A stretch of 64,000 nt of DNA from Azolla caroliniana (Eukaryota > Plantae > Polypodiophyta). Shown piece by piece: positions 50,007 to 61,254 of the stretch. The stretch lies in NCBI GenBank assembly GCA_043228905.1, contig JBHGNT010000022.1, positions 2,294,001 to 2,358,000 of the forward strand, written 5' to 3'. Position 1 is the first letter of the stretch, and each line of letters starts with the position of its first letter. The translations under genes were made by a program, and so were the position numbers. A model generated the notes under the pieces. The model had not been told where the DNA came from. It saw nothing but the letters and a program-made list of their open reading frames with translations, and did not search any database.

Positions 50007-52302
50007 TGTTGACCGGTCAGAAGAGCAAGGACAAGTGGGAAGGCGGAGTCGGATCGGATAATAGGAAGTAAATAATAGTATAATTATTATTCGGAGGGAC
50101 GGATCCGGTACAGTTGTACGGATCCGGATCCGGACCGATTCAGATGCCGGTTGCCTAAGCGCACTGATTGTAACCTTGCCGGATGCCTATAAAAGGATCC
50201 GATGATTTGTAAATGCTTTACGGAAGTAATACAAATATAATTATGGCGTGTTTATCTTCATCTTTGTATTGTTTTACCGTTTGTGCTTAGTATAATCATC
50301 TTACGCGTGTAACCTAGCATCCAATCCTTACCACCCCTTTGGAGAAGTGTCGGATAGACACCTGTGTTGAGGCTAGTCCGGCCAGGCAGACAACACTATT
50401 TTGGCGACCACGATTCCTGCAAAGTGCAGAGGACAACCGGGGGATGGATGTCTAGACCAAACGACGACCACATCACCGAACGAGGGAGACGATACACCGA
50501 ACGAGAGCAACGACGGGAAGCCCTACAGCAAGCCGTCGACGAGATCCGGCGAGATCGGTCATTCTCCAGAACTCTTCGGAGAGTCGAAGAAGAAGCATTG
50601 CAGTTCTGGGTTCTGCAAGTCCCCGACGAAGGCAGTAGCATAACAAGCCTGCAAGAGGCGGAAACGATACTACAGACGCTCTCCGGTGGCGACGGGGACT
50701 CGGAAGCATTCGCAACACTTGAGGCGGAGTCGGAAAGCGACGGAAGCGTTGCGTCCCGGTATAAAAGCAGCCACGACACACCAAACGACCCGGGGGAAGA
50801 GGAGTCGGAAGACTCAGTAACACCGGAGCCAGAGGAAGAAATAACCTTGGAGTTCGGTGACCGGCAACCGCCGAGGGAGGCTGACCGGATACCGACAACA
50901 CCCGCGAAGGAACTGAAGGAGCGGATACCGACAACACCCGCGAAGGAACCGAAGGAGCGGATACAGCCAACACCCGCGGAGGAACCAAAGGACCGGACAC
51001 CGGCAACACCCGCGGAGGAACTGAAGGAGCGGATACCGGCACCAACCGCGGAGGAACCAAAGTTTCTCACACCGACGCAACAGCGAACAGAGAGCGGAGA
51101 AAGCAGGAGAGTCAGTTGGACGACACGATGCCGTACCCATACCCAAAGTACCGGGATGAGCCCGACGCGGAGGCACACGTGTACGCATTCCTCCAAATAT
51201 GAGAAGCCAACCATGTCTCCCAAATACTGACGGAGCCCGAAGCCGAACGATCCAAAGTCGCTGAATTCGGCATGACCTTAGAAGGACCAGCGGCCCGATG
51301 GCACGCAAAGCACTTACCGGGCAGCTTTGCCACATTCGATGCCTTGAAGGCCAAATTCCTCAGGCTTTTTCACAGACAAGTTGAGCAAAGGGAATTGGTC
51401 GGGCAGTTCTACACCAACCGGCAGGAAGAGAACGAGACTGTGCCACAATTCATCATTCGGTTTCAGACCCTGCACAACCAACTGACGAGAGCACCACCCG
51501 AAGACGAAGCCAAAGCAGTCTTTTTGGCCGCGCTGAAAGAGCCACTTCGAACAATGTGCGGAGTCCTTGATTTCCGCAGCAGCACAATGGACCAAGTTAT
51601 TGATCGGGTCCTAGAAATGGACAAGACTAGCTCCTTCTTGTCGATGGGGATGTTACACTGGGCACTCCCGAAGGAGGAAGACCTGAGGTTCCGACAGGCC
51701 TTACAATGCACAACATGCCTAAATTCGGGCCACTCAACGGTAGACTGCACCCTGTGGACACAATGTATGATCTGCAACTCTCGAGCCCATACAACGGACC
51801 GATGCGAATATAACCTGTTAAATCGGCAGGCAGCACCGGTTCGACACATAGAACCGCGCAATCAGAACCCTGTTAACTCTTCGGGCCGGACAATGGCCTA
51901 ACACAGGGTGTCTACGTGAGACATTTCACCAAAGGGTGTTACGGCAACCGGATTAGACTTCAACGCTTAATCCGACTTAGTTAAGTTACTTATTAGGATC
52001 GTCTTCATAACACGCGTAAGATATACAATTAAGACAGAACGGCAATTGACAGAGATATAACAACGCTTAAGCTTTCATTAATTAACCGCTAACTATTACA
52101 TTGTATCCGGGCCTTTAAATAGGTTTCTGGTCTGTATTACAAAACGATGCCATCCGCACCTGTTCGGGATCGGTCCGGATCCGGAACGGCATACCAATTC
52201 CGGTCCGTCCGTCCACACTCATAGCTTAATTACAACCACATTCCTACTACTTAATTAGCTCTCCGTTTCCCACTTTGGACTCCTTTGCCGGCCGGTAACA
52301 CA

Positions 52303-52319
52303 TGGCACGCTCGTGGGAC
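52303..52319 (+). promoter_or_regulatory. PBS-like site (tRNA-Arg UCU type), antisense to the element, at the PPT position
   Basis: TGGCACGCTCGTGGGAC lies 2 nt inside the LTR; compare the complement of the tRNA-Arg(UCU) 3' end, TGGCACGCCCGGTGGGAC (recalled). Confidence 0.65.
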
Positions 52320-52406
52320 AGTACCTTGTACGTCGAATCCACAACCGACCCTTGCTATTCTTCGTCCAAAATGTCTAGAATGCTCTATTCGAGAGGCTCC
52401 AATGGT

Positions 52407-55296
52407 TCATCTGGAAGTGGTTGTTGTTGTTGTTGTTGCTGTTTGCTGCGGCGGGTCCGTTGGTGGTTGCTGCGGCTGCTCCTCCGTTTGTGGCTCTGAC
52501 ACCGGCGTCTCCATCGTTGCTCCCTGCGTCGTGGCGGTCTCCGGTTGACTGGTTCCCGGCTGGCCCTCAGCCGACGACGGTTCCTCATCACTAAGGTTAA
52601 CCGTTGTCGCTTCCTGCGCTTTTTCTTCCCGTACCCAAGACCGCTCGTAGCTTTCAAACTGGATTTGAGCGTCCAGCCTATCATCGTCCAGCTGAGCTAC
52701 GAGCTGTCTGACCTGCGCCAGCTGTTCATCTGCCAGGACTTGGAAGTCGTCGGCCAGCTCGTCCCGTATGGCGGTGAAGTCCTCGGAAGTCAGCGTATAA
52801 CAGTCATCTCCTTCCTTCCGCCGGTTTGCCACATCCGCCCGTAGCAACTGGAGTTCCGCCGCGTTTTGTGCCCACTTTGTCCACCATTTTACGGAGCTTT
52901 CATCAATCAAGTGCTTCGTCTGATTCAGCCATGCCCGGAGGATGGACTGAATCCGGCTCGTTCCCAATTGCGATTTGGTTTCTACCGCTTGCCATTCCTC
53001 CTTCAGTTGTTAGATGATTTTTACGTTGTCCTCCGCCTGCGCCTTGTAATGCGTCAGTTGCCTTTGATATGTACTTTGTAATTTCTGCAATACTGTAGAC
53101 GCTCTCTCTTTGTCTTCCTGCTGCTGCTTCTGGAGCTCCATCCGGACCTTCTCCGCCTCTTCCAAGCGTCTTGTATTTTCCGCCCGTTCGTCGGCGATCG
53201 CCGTTGCGGCCCGATCAACTGCCTGCTGGAGCTCGGCCATCCGTTCTTTATGCTCTATTTCCAGCCATTTGTAGTCCCGGTGCAGGTGCTCAAAATCATC
53301 CGTCTTTTGCTTGAGCCGTTCGTTGATCTGACGACGGGCCCGGTCCTCGCGGTCCTTCTGCTGGCGGAGCTCTTCCTTTAGCCGTTATATCTCTGTTTCC
53401 ACCGTTTTCCTTTAGCCGGTCGTACGCTTGATGGCCTTTCCGGAGGCTCTCCTCTGCCCGGCGGAGGTTCTCAGCAGTCTTCTTTAATTCGGCTTCGGCC
53501 GCCGTCTTCAATTCTCGTTCACGACTCCTTAGCGCTTCTTGTGCGGCAAGTTCCTCTCTCAATTCCGCAAGCTCCCGAGCTTGCGCCGCATCTCTCGCCG
53601 GAACGGTTTCCGTTGCCGGGGTCTTATTCCTATGTACAGGTCGTTCCGTTTCATTATTCTGTACACTTATCGGAGTCACCGGTGATTGGATCCGTATTTT
53701 AGCCATCTCCGTCGTGACCTGATCCAAATCTTTTTCAAGGCACCGGATTCTGGACCGGGCTGTCTCTAGTTGTTCGGTTGTGACGAGCAACCGTTCGCTT
53801 TGCGCTCTTTCTTCCGCCTCTATATACCCCACTGCTCCGGCTATCTGTTCGCCTATCCACCGGAGCCACACGCTACCGGTGCCTTGTTGTGCTTGCACGG
53901 AGGTTTGATAGATGGGCTCACTTGTAGAGGGGTGGTTCCGCCTGGTTGCGCCGAGTTGTAGTTCCGTTTCTGCCCGTGGACCATCCTGCTGTCCTTGGTC
54001 CCCTTGCGCTTCTTCTTGGCTGATCGAGGGAGGCTGCAGTGACCTTTCCGGCTCTGGCGGAATGGGACTTGCCGGTGTTGCCGGTGGTGCCGGGGCTTCT
54101 GTTTCCGGTTCCTTCTGCACCGGTTCCGGTTCCTTCCTTGGCGTAGGAGTCTCAGTATGGGGAGCCGGTGTTCCCTCCACTTGAGGGTCCGAACGTTTCC
54201 CGGCTGTCTCAACGGTCCTTGCCGACGACCGTCGCTGGAGGTGCTCCGTAGGCTCCTCCTCTATTTCCTCCTCCTGAGCTCCGGCATTGAGTTTTGCCGC
54301 CAAGGGGTCCACTTCTCGATTCACCGGTCGGCGGAGTGTGACCTTTACGGGTCGTGCCGGTGGTTCCTCCTGCGCCTCCGTTGGGCGCTTCCGGCTGCCA
54401 CTTCCTGCTGCCGCCTGGTCTGCATCCACCGCCTTTCCCTTACTGGCCTTAGAGGCCAACAGCTGCTGCCGTTTGGAAGCCGTCCTTGGGGTGTCGTCCG
54501 GCACTCTTCCTCGCTTCTTGGGCTGGACGGTCTGAACGGGTGGCACCAGCAGGGTGAGCCACTGCGTTACGGCGTGCCATATCCTTCGTCCGTCTTGGCC
54601 TTCTTTGCCGTCTTTGCCTCTGACGATCTCGATCGCCGCACACAACCCGTCTGCAATCAATACCGGCCAATCCACCTTGATCCCTTCATAGGTGGCGATG
54701 ATCATCCCTGCCCGGTTCTGCGGCATGACAGGGGGTCTAGGGTATACATGGCCGTATTCATGGAGCACACGAGCAATTTCGCGGAACAGCATATCTCCGC
54801 CGCCCTGTGTTCGGTAGCCCTTGCTGGCTAGAGAGTACTCACCAAAATACCTGATGAGTTGCTCCGGGGTTGGATTGTCGATCGTGAGTATGCCTCCCTC
54901 CGGAAGGCCTGTTAACGCTCGAATCGCCTCTGCCGTTATGACCTCTGTATCAATTTCCTTGATCACTTTGTCGGCTTCTTTGTGTGGTGGTACTTCCATC
55001 ATCATCAGGAAGCCCTCGAGCCCGTGTTGCTTCAGCCATGTCTTGGCGGCTTCCGACAGCGTTTGAGGGTCCATTTCTGTGTCGGGGTCGGACTGCGGTG
55101 GCGAGGATGGATGGTGATGAGAGCGGGGTTGAGAAAGAGAGAGTTCAGAAGGCGGGGGTTCTCTGTGCGCAGGTTCTCTTCTGATAATCTTGCAGCGTTT
55201 CGGTGCTTCTGTGCTCCTGGGTTCGCGAAAATAGAGGGTCTCTACGCGCAATGGTTTTTGTCTGTGCATTCTGGCGCCTTTTTCGAGTTTGTGCAT
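52407..55296 (-). pseudogene. Extra ORF downstream of pol (globular N-terminus, Pro/Glu linker, coiled coil), broken into three pieces
   Basis: ORFs 53296-55296, 53010-53240 and 52407-52967 are collinear, on the same strand as pol, and lie between the integrase and the 3' LTR. Confidence 0.7.
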
Positions 55297-55450
55297 GTCA
55301 CGTACTTAAAATAGCATTATGTCCTGTGGTGGCGCTTTAAATGCCCACTACGTACCTTTTCGCTCCACGCTCTTTTATCCATTCATTCCTCGCTTTTGCA
55401 TGATTGTTTTTTTTTTTTTTTTTTCAGTTATTATTCTTATTAGTGTGACG

Positions 55451-58336
55451 TCACATGTCCGTTGGTCCTCCCGGACCCTTACCGGCCACATTCTCTCCGG
55501 TTACCGGCTTGCCGTCTCTACCGTCTTCGTGGCTGCCGTCGATCCTTTGCTCAAACGGGTTCTTAGGCATCGGTCCTCTATATGCCTTTAACCAGAATCC
55601 ATTCACCCATTTGCCCAGCACTTCGCCGGCAAGTGTCCCCAACTGGTAGGACCCATTATACTCCCGTGTTAGCCAATATGGTCCGGTCCATCTAAACCTT
55701 AGTTTACCCGGCATCTTGCCCATCCGGGTTTGGAATACTAGCACTGGTTTGCCAATTGCGAACATTTTTTCGTTACCTTTCCTGTGCCGGTCGACGAATG
55801 CTTTCCGTCGCCGTTGCTCTAATTCTAAATGTAGGATGCTGGCCAACCGTTGTTCCTCCAGCTCACACAGCGCTGTCAACCTTATTGTCTCTGACTCCTT
55901 CTCGTTCAGCCGTTCTCGTAGCTGAATCCGTAAGCTAGGTACTTGAAATTCTACCGGCATGACCGCCTCGAGTCCGAACGCCAACCGGAACGGTGTTGTT
56001 CGGATGCTCGTTTTGTATGCCGTCCGGTATGCCCAAAGCGCGCTATGTAGCTTTCTGTCCCAATCCGTCCGGTTCTCGTTGACGATCTTCCGAAGGATGT
56101 TCTGGAGCGTCTTGTTTGTTGATTCCGCTAATCCGTTCGCCTGTGGATAGTAAGGTGTGCTTCGTTTGTGGACCACGGCATAGAAGGTCGTTAGGCTTTC
56201 CACCACTTGTCCGAGAAACTGCCCCCCTTGGTCACTTATCAATTCAATGGGGCATCCGTAACGGCACCAGATGTACTCATATAGAAACTTTGCCGTTGAC
56301 GCAGCGGTGTTATCCCGTAAAGCTTTGGCCTCCACCCATTTCGTGCAGTAATCCGTAGCAACGATAACGTACCGATTACCTGTTCTCATTGCCGGTGGCT
56401 TGAACGGTCCTATAAAGTCCCGCCCCCACTTTTGGAATGACTCGAGTGGTAGTACCGGCTGGTGTGGCATACGAGCTTGCTCCGTTGGCTGGCCCATTCT
56501 CTGGCATAGGTCACATTCTTTTGCGTACCGTACCGCATCTCTTAATGTCGTTGGCCACCATAGGCCACTTTGCCACATTTTTCTGGCTGTCGCATCTCCG
56601 ACATAGTGACCTCCGGCAACGCCGCAGTGGGCTTCCCTCAGTATCAGTTCTTTTTCATCGCTGCGCACCGCCCATCTCCATATGCCGTCAGCTCCCTTGT
56701 GGTACAGTGTGTCTTGCAGTAAGCAGAAATGTCGGCTTTGTACCGCTAGGCGTTTTCGTTCGTCCCGGTTCAGCTCTTCCGGAGGCAGTCCTGTGCTCAG
56801 AAACTGGTGCATATTTGTGAGCCACTTGTCTTCCTGGGCTACTGTCTCATCTGCTGCCGTCTCCGTAGTGACTCGAAACAGCTCCGCATCCGGAAACTCA
56901 TCCGGTACTCCGTCACCCGTCTCTCCGGACTCCAATCGGCTTAAGTAATCTGCTACGGCATGCTGTATATCGGGTCGGTGGAATATTTTAAACTCGAACT
57001 CCTGTAACAGTAAGGTCCACCGGGCCAATTTGCTGGTGAGTGAGGCCTTGGACACCAGGTAAAGGAGTGCTGAATGATCTACATGGAAGGAAAACTTCCT
57101 TCCCAATAAATAGTGCCGAAACTTTGTCACAGTGTAGATCATTCCTAGAGCTTCCCGTTCCGTAGTAGAGTAGTTCCGTTCTGCTTGGGATAGCTTCCGG
57201 CTGGCATAGTACACTGGCTGGTACCACTTTGGTTCCGTAAGCTGCATCAATACGCTTCCGATCGCGATGTCGGAGGCGTCCACGAACACGTGAAATTCTT
57301 TACTCCAATCCGGAGGTTGTACTACCGGTGCCTGCGATAATAGTACCTTGAGGGCCTTATACGCCCTATCCTCAGTATCGGTCCACTGGAATGGTGTCCG
57401 ATGTACGGCGGCATGCAACAGTGTGGCCAGGTCGGCCAAGTATCGGAGCATCCGGCTGTGCCACCGGATCTGGCCTAAGAACCGGCTCAATGCCTTTGCC
57501 GTTGCCGGCGCCGGTGCTTCTAATATGGCTTTCACTTTGTCCGGGTCGACTGCTATACCTTCCTGGCTTACGATATGTCCTAATAAAGTTCCACTGGACA
57601 CGCCAAATACACACTTTGCCGGATTCAAGCTTAGCCGGTACGCTCTACACTTTTCTAGACAAAGACGGAGATGCTGAAAATGGTCCTCCTCCCGGCTATA
57701 GACGGCGAAATCGTCAAGGAAAACCTGCATAAAAGCCGGTATATATTCACCAAAGATTTCCATGATGATTCTTTGAAACGTTGCCGGTGCTGTTTTGAGT
57801 CCGAACATCATCACCACGGCCACAAACACCCCCCATTCGGTGATGAATGCCGTTTTCTCTTGGTCGTCGGGGTGCATCCGGATCTGATTATATCCGCTGA
57901 ATCCGTCTAGGAAGCTATAGACCTCATGGCCGGCGACGGCATCCAACACGCCATCTGTGAACGGAAGTGGAAATGCATCCGTTGCCGTAGCCGCATTGAG
58001 TTTCCGGTAGTTCACGCAAACTCGAATTTTTCCGTTCTTCTTCGGTACGACTACGATCGGGCTCAGCCATGTCGCTTTCTTTACCGGACGGATAAAGCCA
58101 ACTCTTAGCAGTTTGTCGATTTCTTCCTTGACCTTGGCAGCATAATTGGGATTCATTCGGTACCGTCTTTGTGCCACTGGTTTTGCGGCTTTGCTCAAGT
58201 GCACTTGATGCTGGTATAACTGAGGGTCGAGTCCTCGCATGTCTTCGTATGACCAGGCGAATACGTCGCGAAATTCCGTGAGAAGTGTTATCATCGCCGT
58301 TTTGTCTCCGGACTTCATCTCCTTGGCGATGTGCAC
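55451..58336 (-). CDS. pol RT-RNase H-integrase (open for 961 aa, frameshifted upstream)
   Basis: LDGFSGYNQI, FLDDF, VDASDIAIG, HHCC zinc finger, DYCTKWVEA, SDQG, QANGLAE, WTGPY. Confidence 0.92.
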   Translation of the reverse strand: MHIAKEMKSGDKTAMITLLTEFRDVFAWSYEDMRGLDPQLYQHQVHLSKAAKPVAQRRYRMNPNYAAKVKEEIDKLLRVGFIRPVKKATWLSPIVVVPKKNGKIRVCVNYRKLNAATATDAFPLPFTDGVLDAVAGHEVYSFLDGFSGYNQIRMHPDDQEKTAFITEWGVFVAVVMMFGLKTAPATFQRIIMEIFGEYIPAFMQVFLDDFAVYSREEDHFQHLRLCLEKCRAYRLSLNPAKCVFGVSSGTLLGHIVSQEGIAVDPDKVKAILEAPAPATAKALSRFLGQIRWHSRMLRYLADLATLLHAAVHRTPFQWTDTEDRAYKALKVLLSQAPVVQPPDWSKEFHVFVDASDIAIGSVLMQLTEPKWYQPVYYASRKLSQAERNYSTTEREALGMIYTVTKFRHYLLGRKFSFHVDHSALLYLVSKASLTSKLARWTLLLQEFEFKIFHRPDIQHAVADYLSRLESGETGDGVPDEFPDAELFRVTTETAADETVAQEDKWLTNMHQFLSTGLPPEELNRDERKRLAVQSRHFCLLQDTLYHKGADGIWRWAVRSDEKELILREAHCGVAGGHYVGDATARKMWQSGLWWPTTLRDAVRYAKECDLCQRMGQPTEQARMPHQPVLPLESFQKWGRDFIGPFKPPAMRTGNRYVIVATDYCTKWVEAKALRDNTAASTAKFLYEYIWCRYGCPIELISDQGGQFLGQVVESLTTFYAVVHKRSTPYYPQANGLAESTNKTLQNILRKIVNENRTDWDRKLHSALWAYRTAYKTSIRTTPFRLAFGLEAVMPVEFQVPSLRIQLRERLNEKESETIRLTALCELEEQRLASILHLELEQRRRKAFVDRHRKGNEKMFAIGKPVLVFQTRMGKMPGKLRFRWTGPYWLTREYNGSYQLGTLAGEVLGKWVNGFWLKAYRGPMPKNPFEQRIDGSHEDGRDGKPVTGENVAGKGPGGPTDM

Positions 58337-61254
58337 CGGTTTTTGCTTCGTCCGTGGTGCCTAAATTCACCTCTTCCAATTGCGATGCTTTCACGCGCTG
58401 TGAAACGGCCATTTACCGTTCCAACGCTTCCTGCACTTGTCGTAACTCCCGGATTGCGTCTTTATCCGGTTCTGCTTCCGCCTCTTCCGGTTGTGGTAAG
58501 TACGGTGCTACGGCTTCGGCAATGTCAATATCGAACAGGGGTATGATCTTCGGGTTTTCCCGCAGGTATTGAGCTTCTTCTTCGTCCGCTAACCCTTCGA
58601 GCATGTTGACGCATTCCGCATACAACGGTGTACATTCCTTGCGAGTGCTCGTCCTTGGCTGTGTTGGTACCGTACCTTGGCTTTTCCTCGCCGGAAGGTA
58701 ATTATATTTTTTCGCCAATTCTGTTTGATATGTGCCGTTTTCAACCATGGCCGCCCCAGCAATAGTGGGTATGCGCCTTGTGCCTGTAATTGTAGCACTA
58801 TGGCCGAGATGTGAAATGTATGCCCGCCGACGGTGACTTCTAATTTCCGTATTAATCCTGTCGGCCGCACTGAGCTTGTATCGGCCATCCGCAACCAGAA
58901 CGGACACGGCTCCCACTCGTGGATTCCTAGGTCCTCACACGTCCGGAGGCTTATTACATTTACCCCAGAGCCTCCGTCTATAACTGTGCCGGGGAGTTCT
59001 TTCCCTTTTACAATGGCAGTGATTACCGGACTGCTGGTGTCTACCACTGTTGGTCCCTCCTCCGGATTCGAGAAGAGTACCAGTGCCAGTGATGGTTCTC
59101 CTGCCATCATGGCCATCTTCAGTCCTTCCGTGAATCTAGGCATGAGTTGTAGGAGTCTTCCTAGTGGTAACGTAATCTGGCATTCTTGCAACGCCTGCCA
59201 TGTCTCGTTCTCGGAGTGACTACCGCCGGCAAGCCCTACGGTGTTCTCCTTTTGCTGCTGTAAGTCTGTGGCATTCTGCTCGTTTGCTTTCTTTACCCAT
59301 TCCGTTGCTTGTTTGCGGATGGTTTCCTGTGTCTCCCATTCTTTGGCCATGCCCTTTGATCTTGTGGTCACCTGTTGCAGGTCTGCCACCTTAGGGACTA
59401 CCATATTTACCGCCGGTCGTTTTTCATAGCTCTTCACCGGGCATTGGTTACTATAATGGTCTTCTTGTCTGTAGTAGTAGCAGTAGGCTTTCCGGGCATT
59501 GCTAGATTCGGCATTGTCTGTTGTACCCGGGGCAGGTCCTACGGTACGCGCAGGCTTTTGTACCGGTTGGCTACTTGGAGCGCCTTGTTCCGGGTCCCGG
59601 GGGTAGCCGCCTTTTTTAAAATGCCATTTTTTGTTAAAGCTCTTCTTATTACGGTACTCTTGACGGGTTGCCCGTTATATCGGCCGTATTCCTCCCGTTG
59701 CTGACGATACCCGGGGGAGTGCTCCTGGTCGTACTGTTCGTATCGTCTATTGTAATCTTGGTGCCGATCATGCCGGTCATAGTTATCTCGCCGATCACCG
59801 TACCGGACATCATTTTCCTGTCGCTCGCCGTACCGGACATTATTTTCCCGTCGCTCGCCATACCGGACATCCTGTGCTGGTCGGTCACGGTCCATTCGCC
59901 GCCAACGTTCGTCTTCTTCGTCTCGGCTGCTGCGTGGCTCAATTTGTTGGACGGGCGATGCTTGCCAAGTCAACAGATTATACTCGCACCTATCCGTCGT
60001 ATGGCTCTTGGACTGACAGATTACACATTGCGTCCTCATAGTGCATTCTAGAGCCGAGTGTCCGGAATTCAAGCAGGTTGTGCACTGTATTGCTTGCCGA
60101 AACCGGAGGTCTTCATCGGACGGTAACGCCTGTTGAAGTGCGCCCAGTGTGAGCCAGGAGCTTGTCTTTTCCATCTCTTTCACCCGGTCAATGACCTGGT
60201 CGATGGTACTTGTACGGAAATCGATTACCGTGCAAACCGTGCGTAGGGGTTCTCGGAGTGCGTTTAGGAATATCGTCCATAATTCCTCCTCCGGGGGTGC
60301 ACGGGTAAGCTGACTATGCATCCGTTGAAACCGGATGACAAATAGGGGAATGCTCTCCCCTGCCTCTTGCCGGATAGTATAAAATAAGCCTACCATTACG
60401 GTCTGGTCCACCTCCTTTTGAAAAAAATGCATGAATTTAGCTTTTAAATCTGCAAAGGTGTTGATGGTAGACGGGTCCTGCGTCCGGCGCCATCTTGCTG
60501 CCGGTCCCTCCAATGTGACGCTAAACTCTGCTATCTTAGAGCGTTCTTCTTCCTCCGGTGTCAGTCGCTGGGACACATGGTTGGCTTCCCATGTCTGTTC
60601 AAATGCATGCACATGAGCTTCCGCGTCCGGATCATCTCTATACTTGGAGTACTGGAACGACATGTCGTCGTCCAGTATCGGTGCGCGGGCTAGTAGTGTT
60701 GGTGCTCGTTCCAGAATTTTCTCCGGTGTCGGTGGTCTTTCCCGATTTGATTCCGGTGTCGGTTGTTTCTCTTCCGCTGGTGACGGAGGCCTCTCCTCCT
60801 CGACTTCCGGTGTCGGAGGTCGTTCTTCTTCTGCTGGTTCCGAGGATTCCAGCGTTAGCACTTCCGGTTCCGGTTCCGGTTTCGGTAAGGTATCCGATCC
60901 TTCGTCCTCCGGTCCGCCCGGGGTTTTGTTGCTGCTACGGTAGTTCGTGTGCACGTTGTATTCCCCTTCGGAGTTCGATTCATATGCTGAAAAGGCCTCT
61001 GCTTCGCCTTCTCCGTTTGCCAACGCGTGGAGAAGGGATTCGGTTTCCCGAAGGCTGCTTAGGCTGTTGCCGTCGTCCGGGTGCGATGTTTGCTGTAACC
61101 AGTGGGAGTCCTCCGCTACTCTCCGGATTACGTTGGAAAACGAGCGATCCGCTCTAATTTCCTGCGCCGCTTGCTGGAAGGCCTCGCGTCTCCTTTGCCT
61201 TTCGGCAAGGCGTCGAGTTCGATCTATAACCAGGTCGTGCGTTGATCTAGACAT
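58337..61254 (-). pseudogene. gag-protease, frameshifted
   Basis: Gag with CTTCLNSGHSALEC and CVICQSKSHTTDRC knuckles; protease VIDGGSGVN; paralogous to the host element. Confidence 0.88.
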
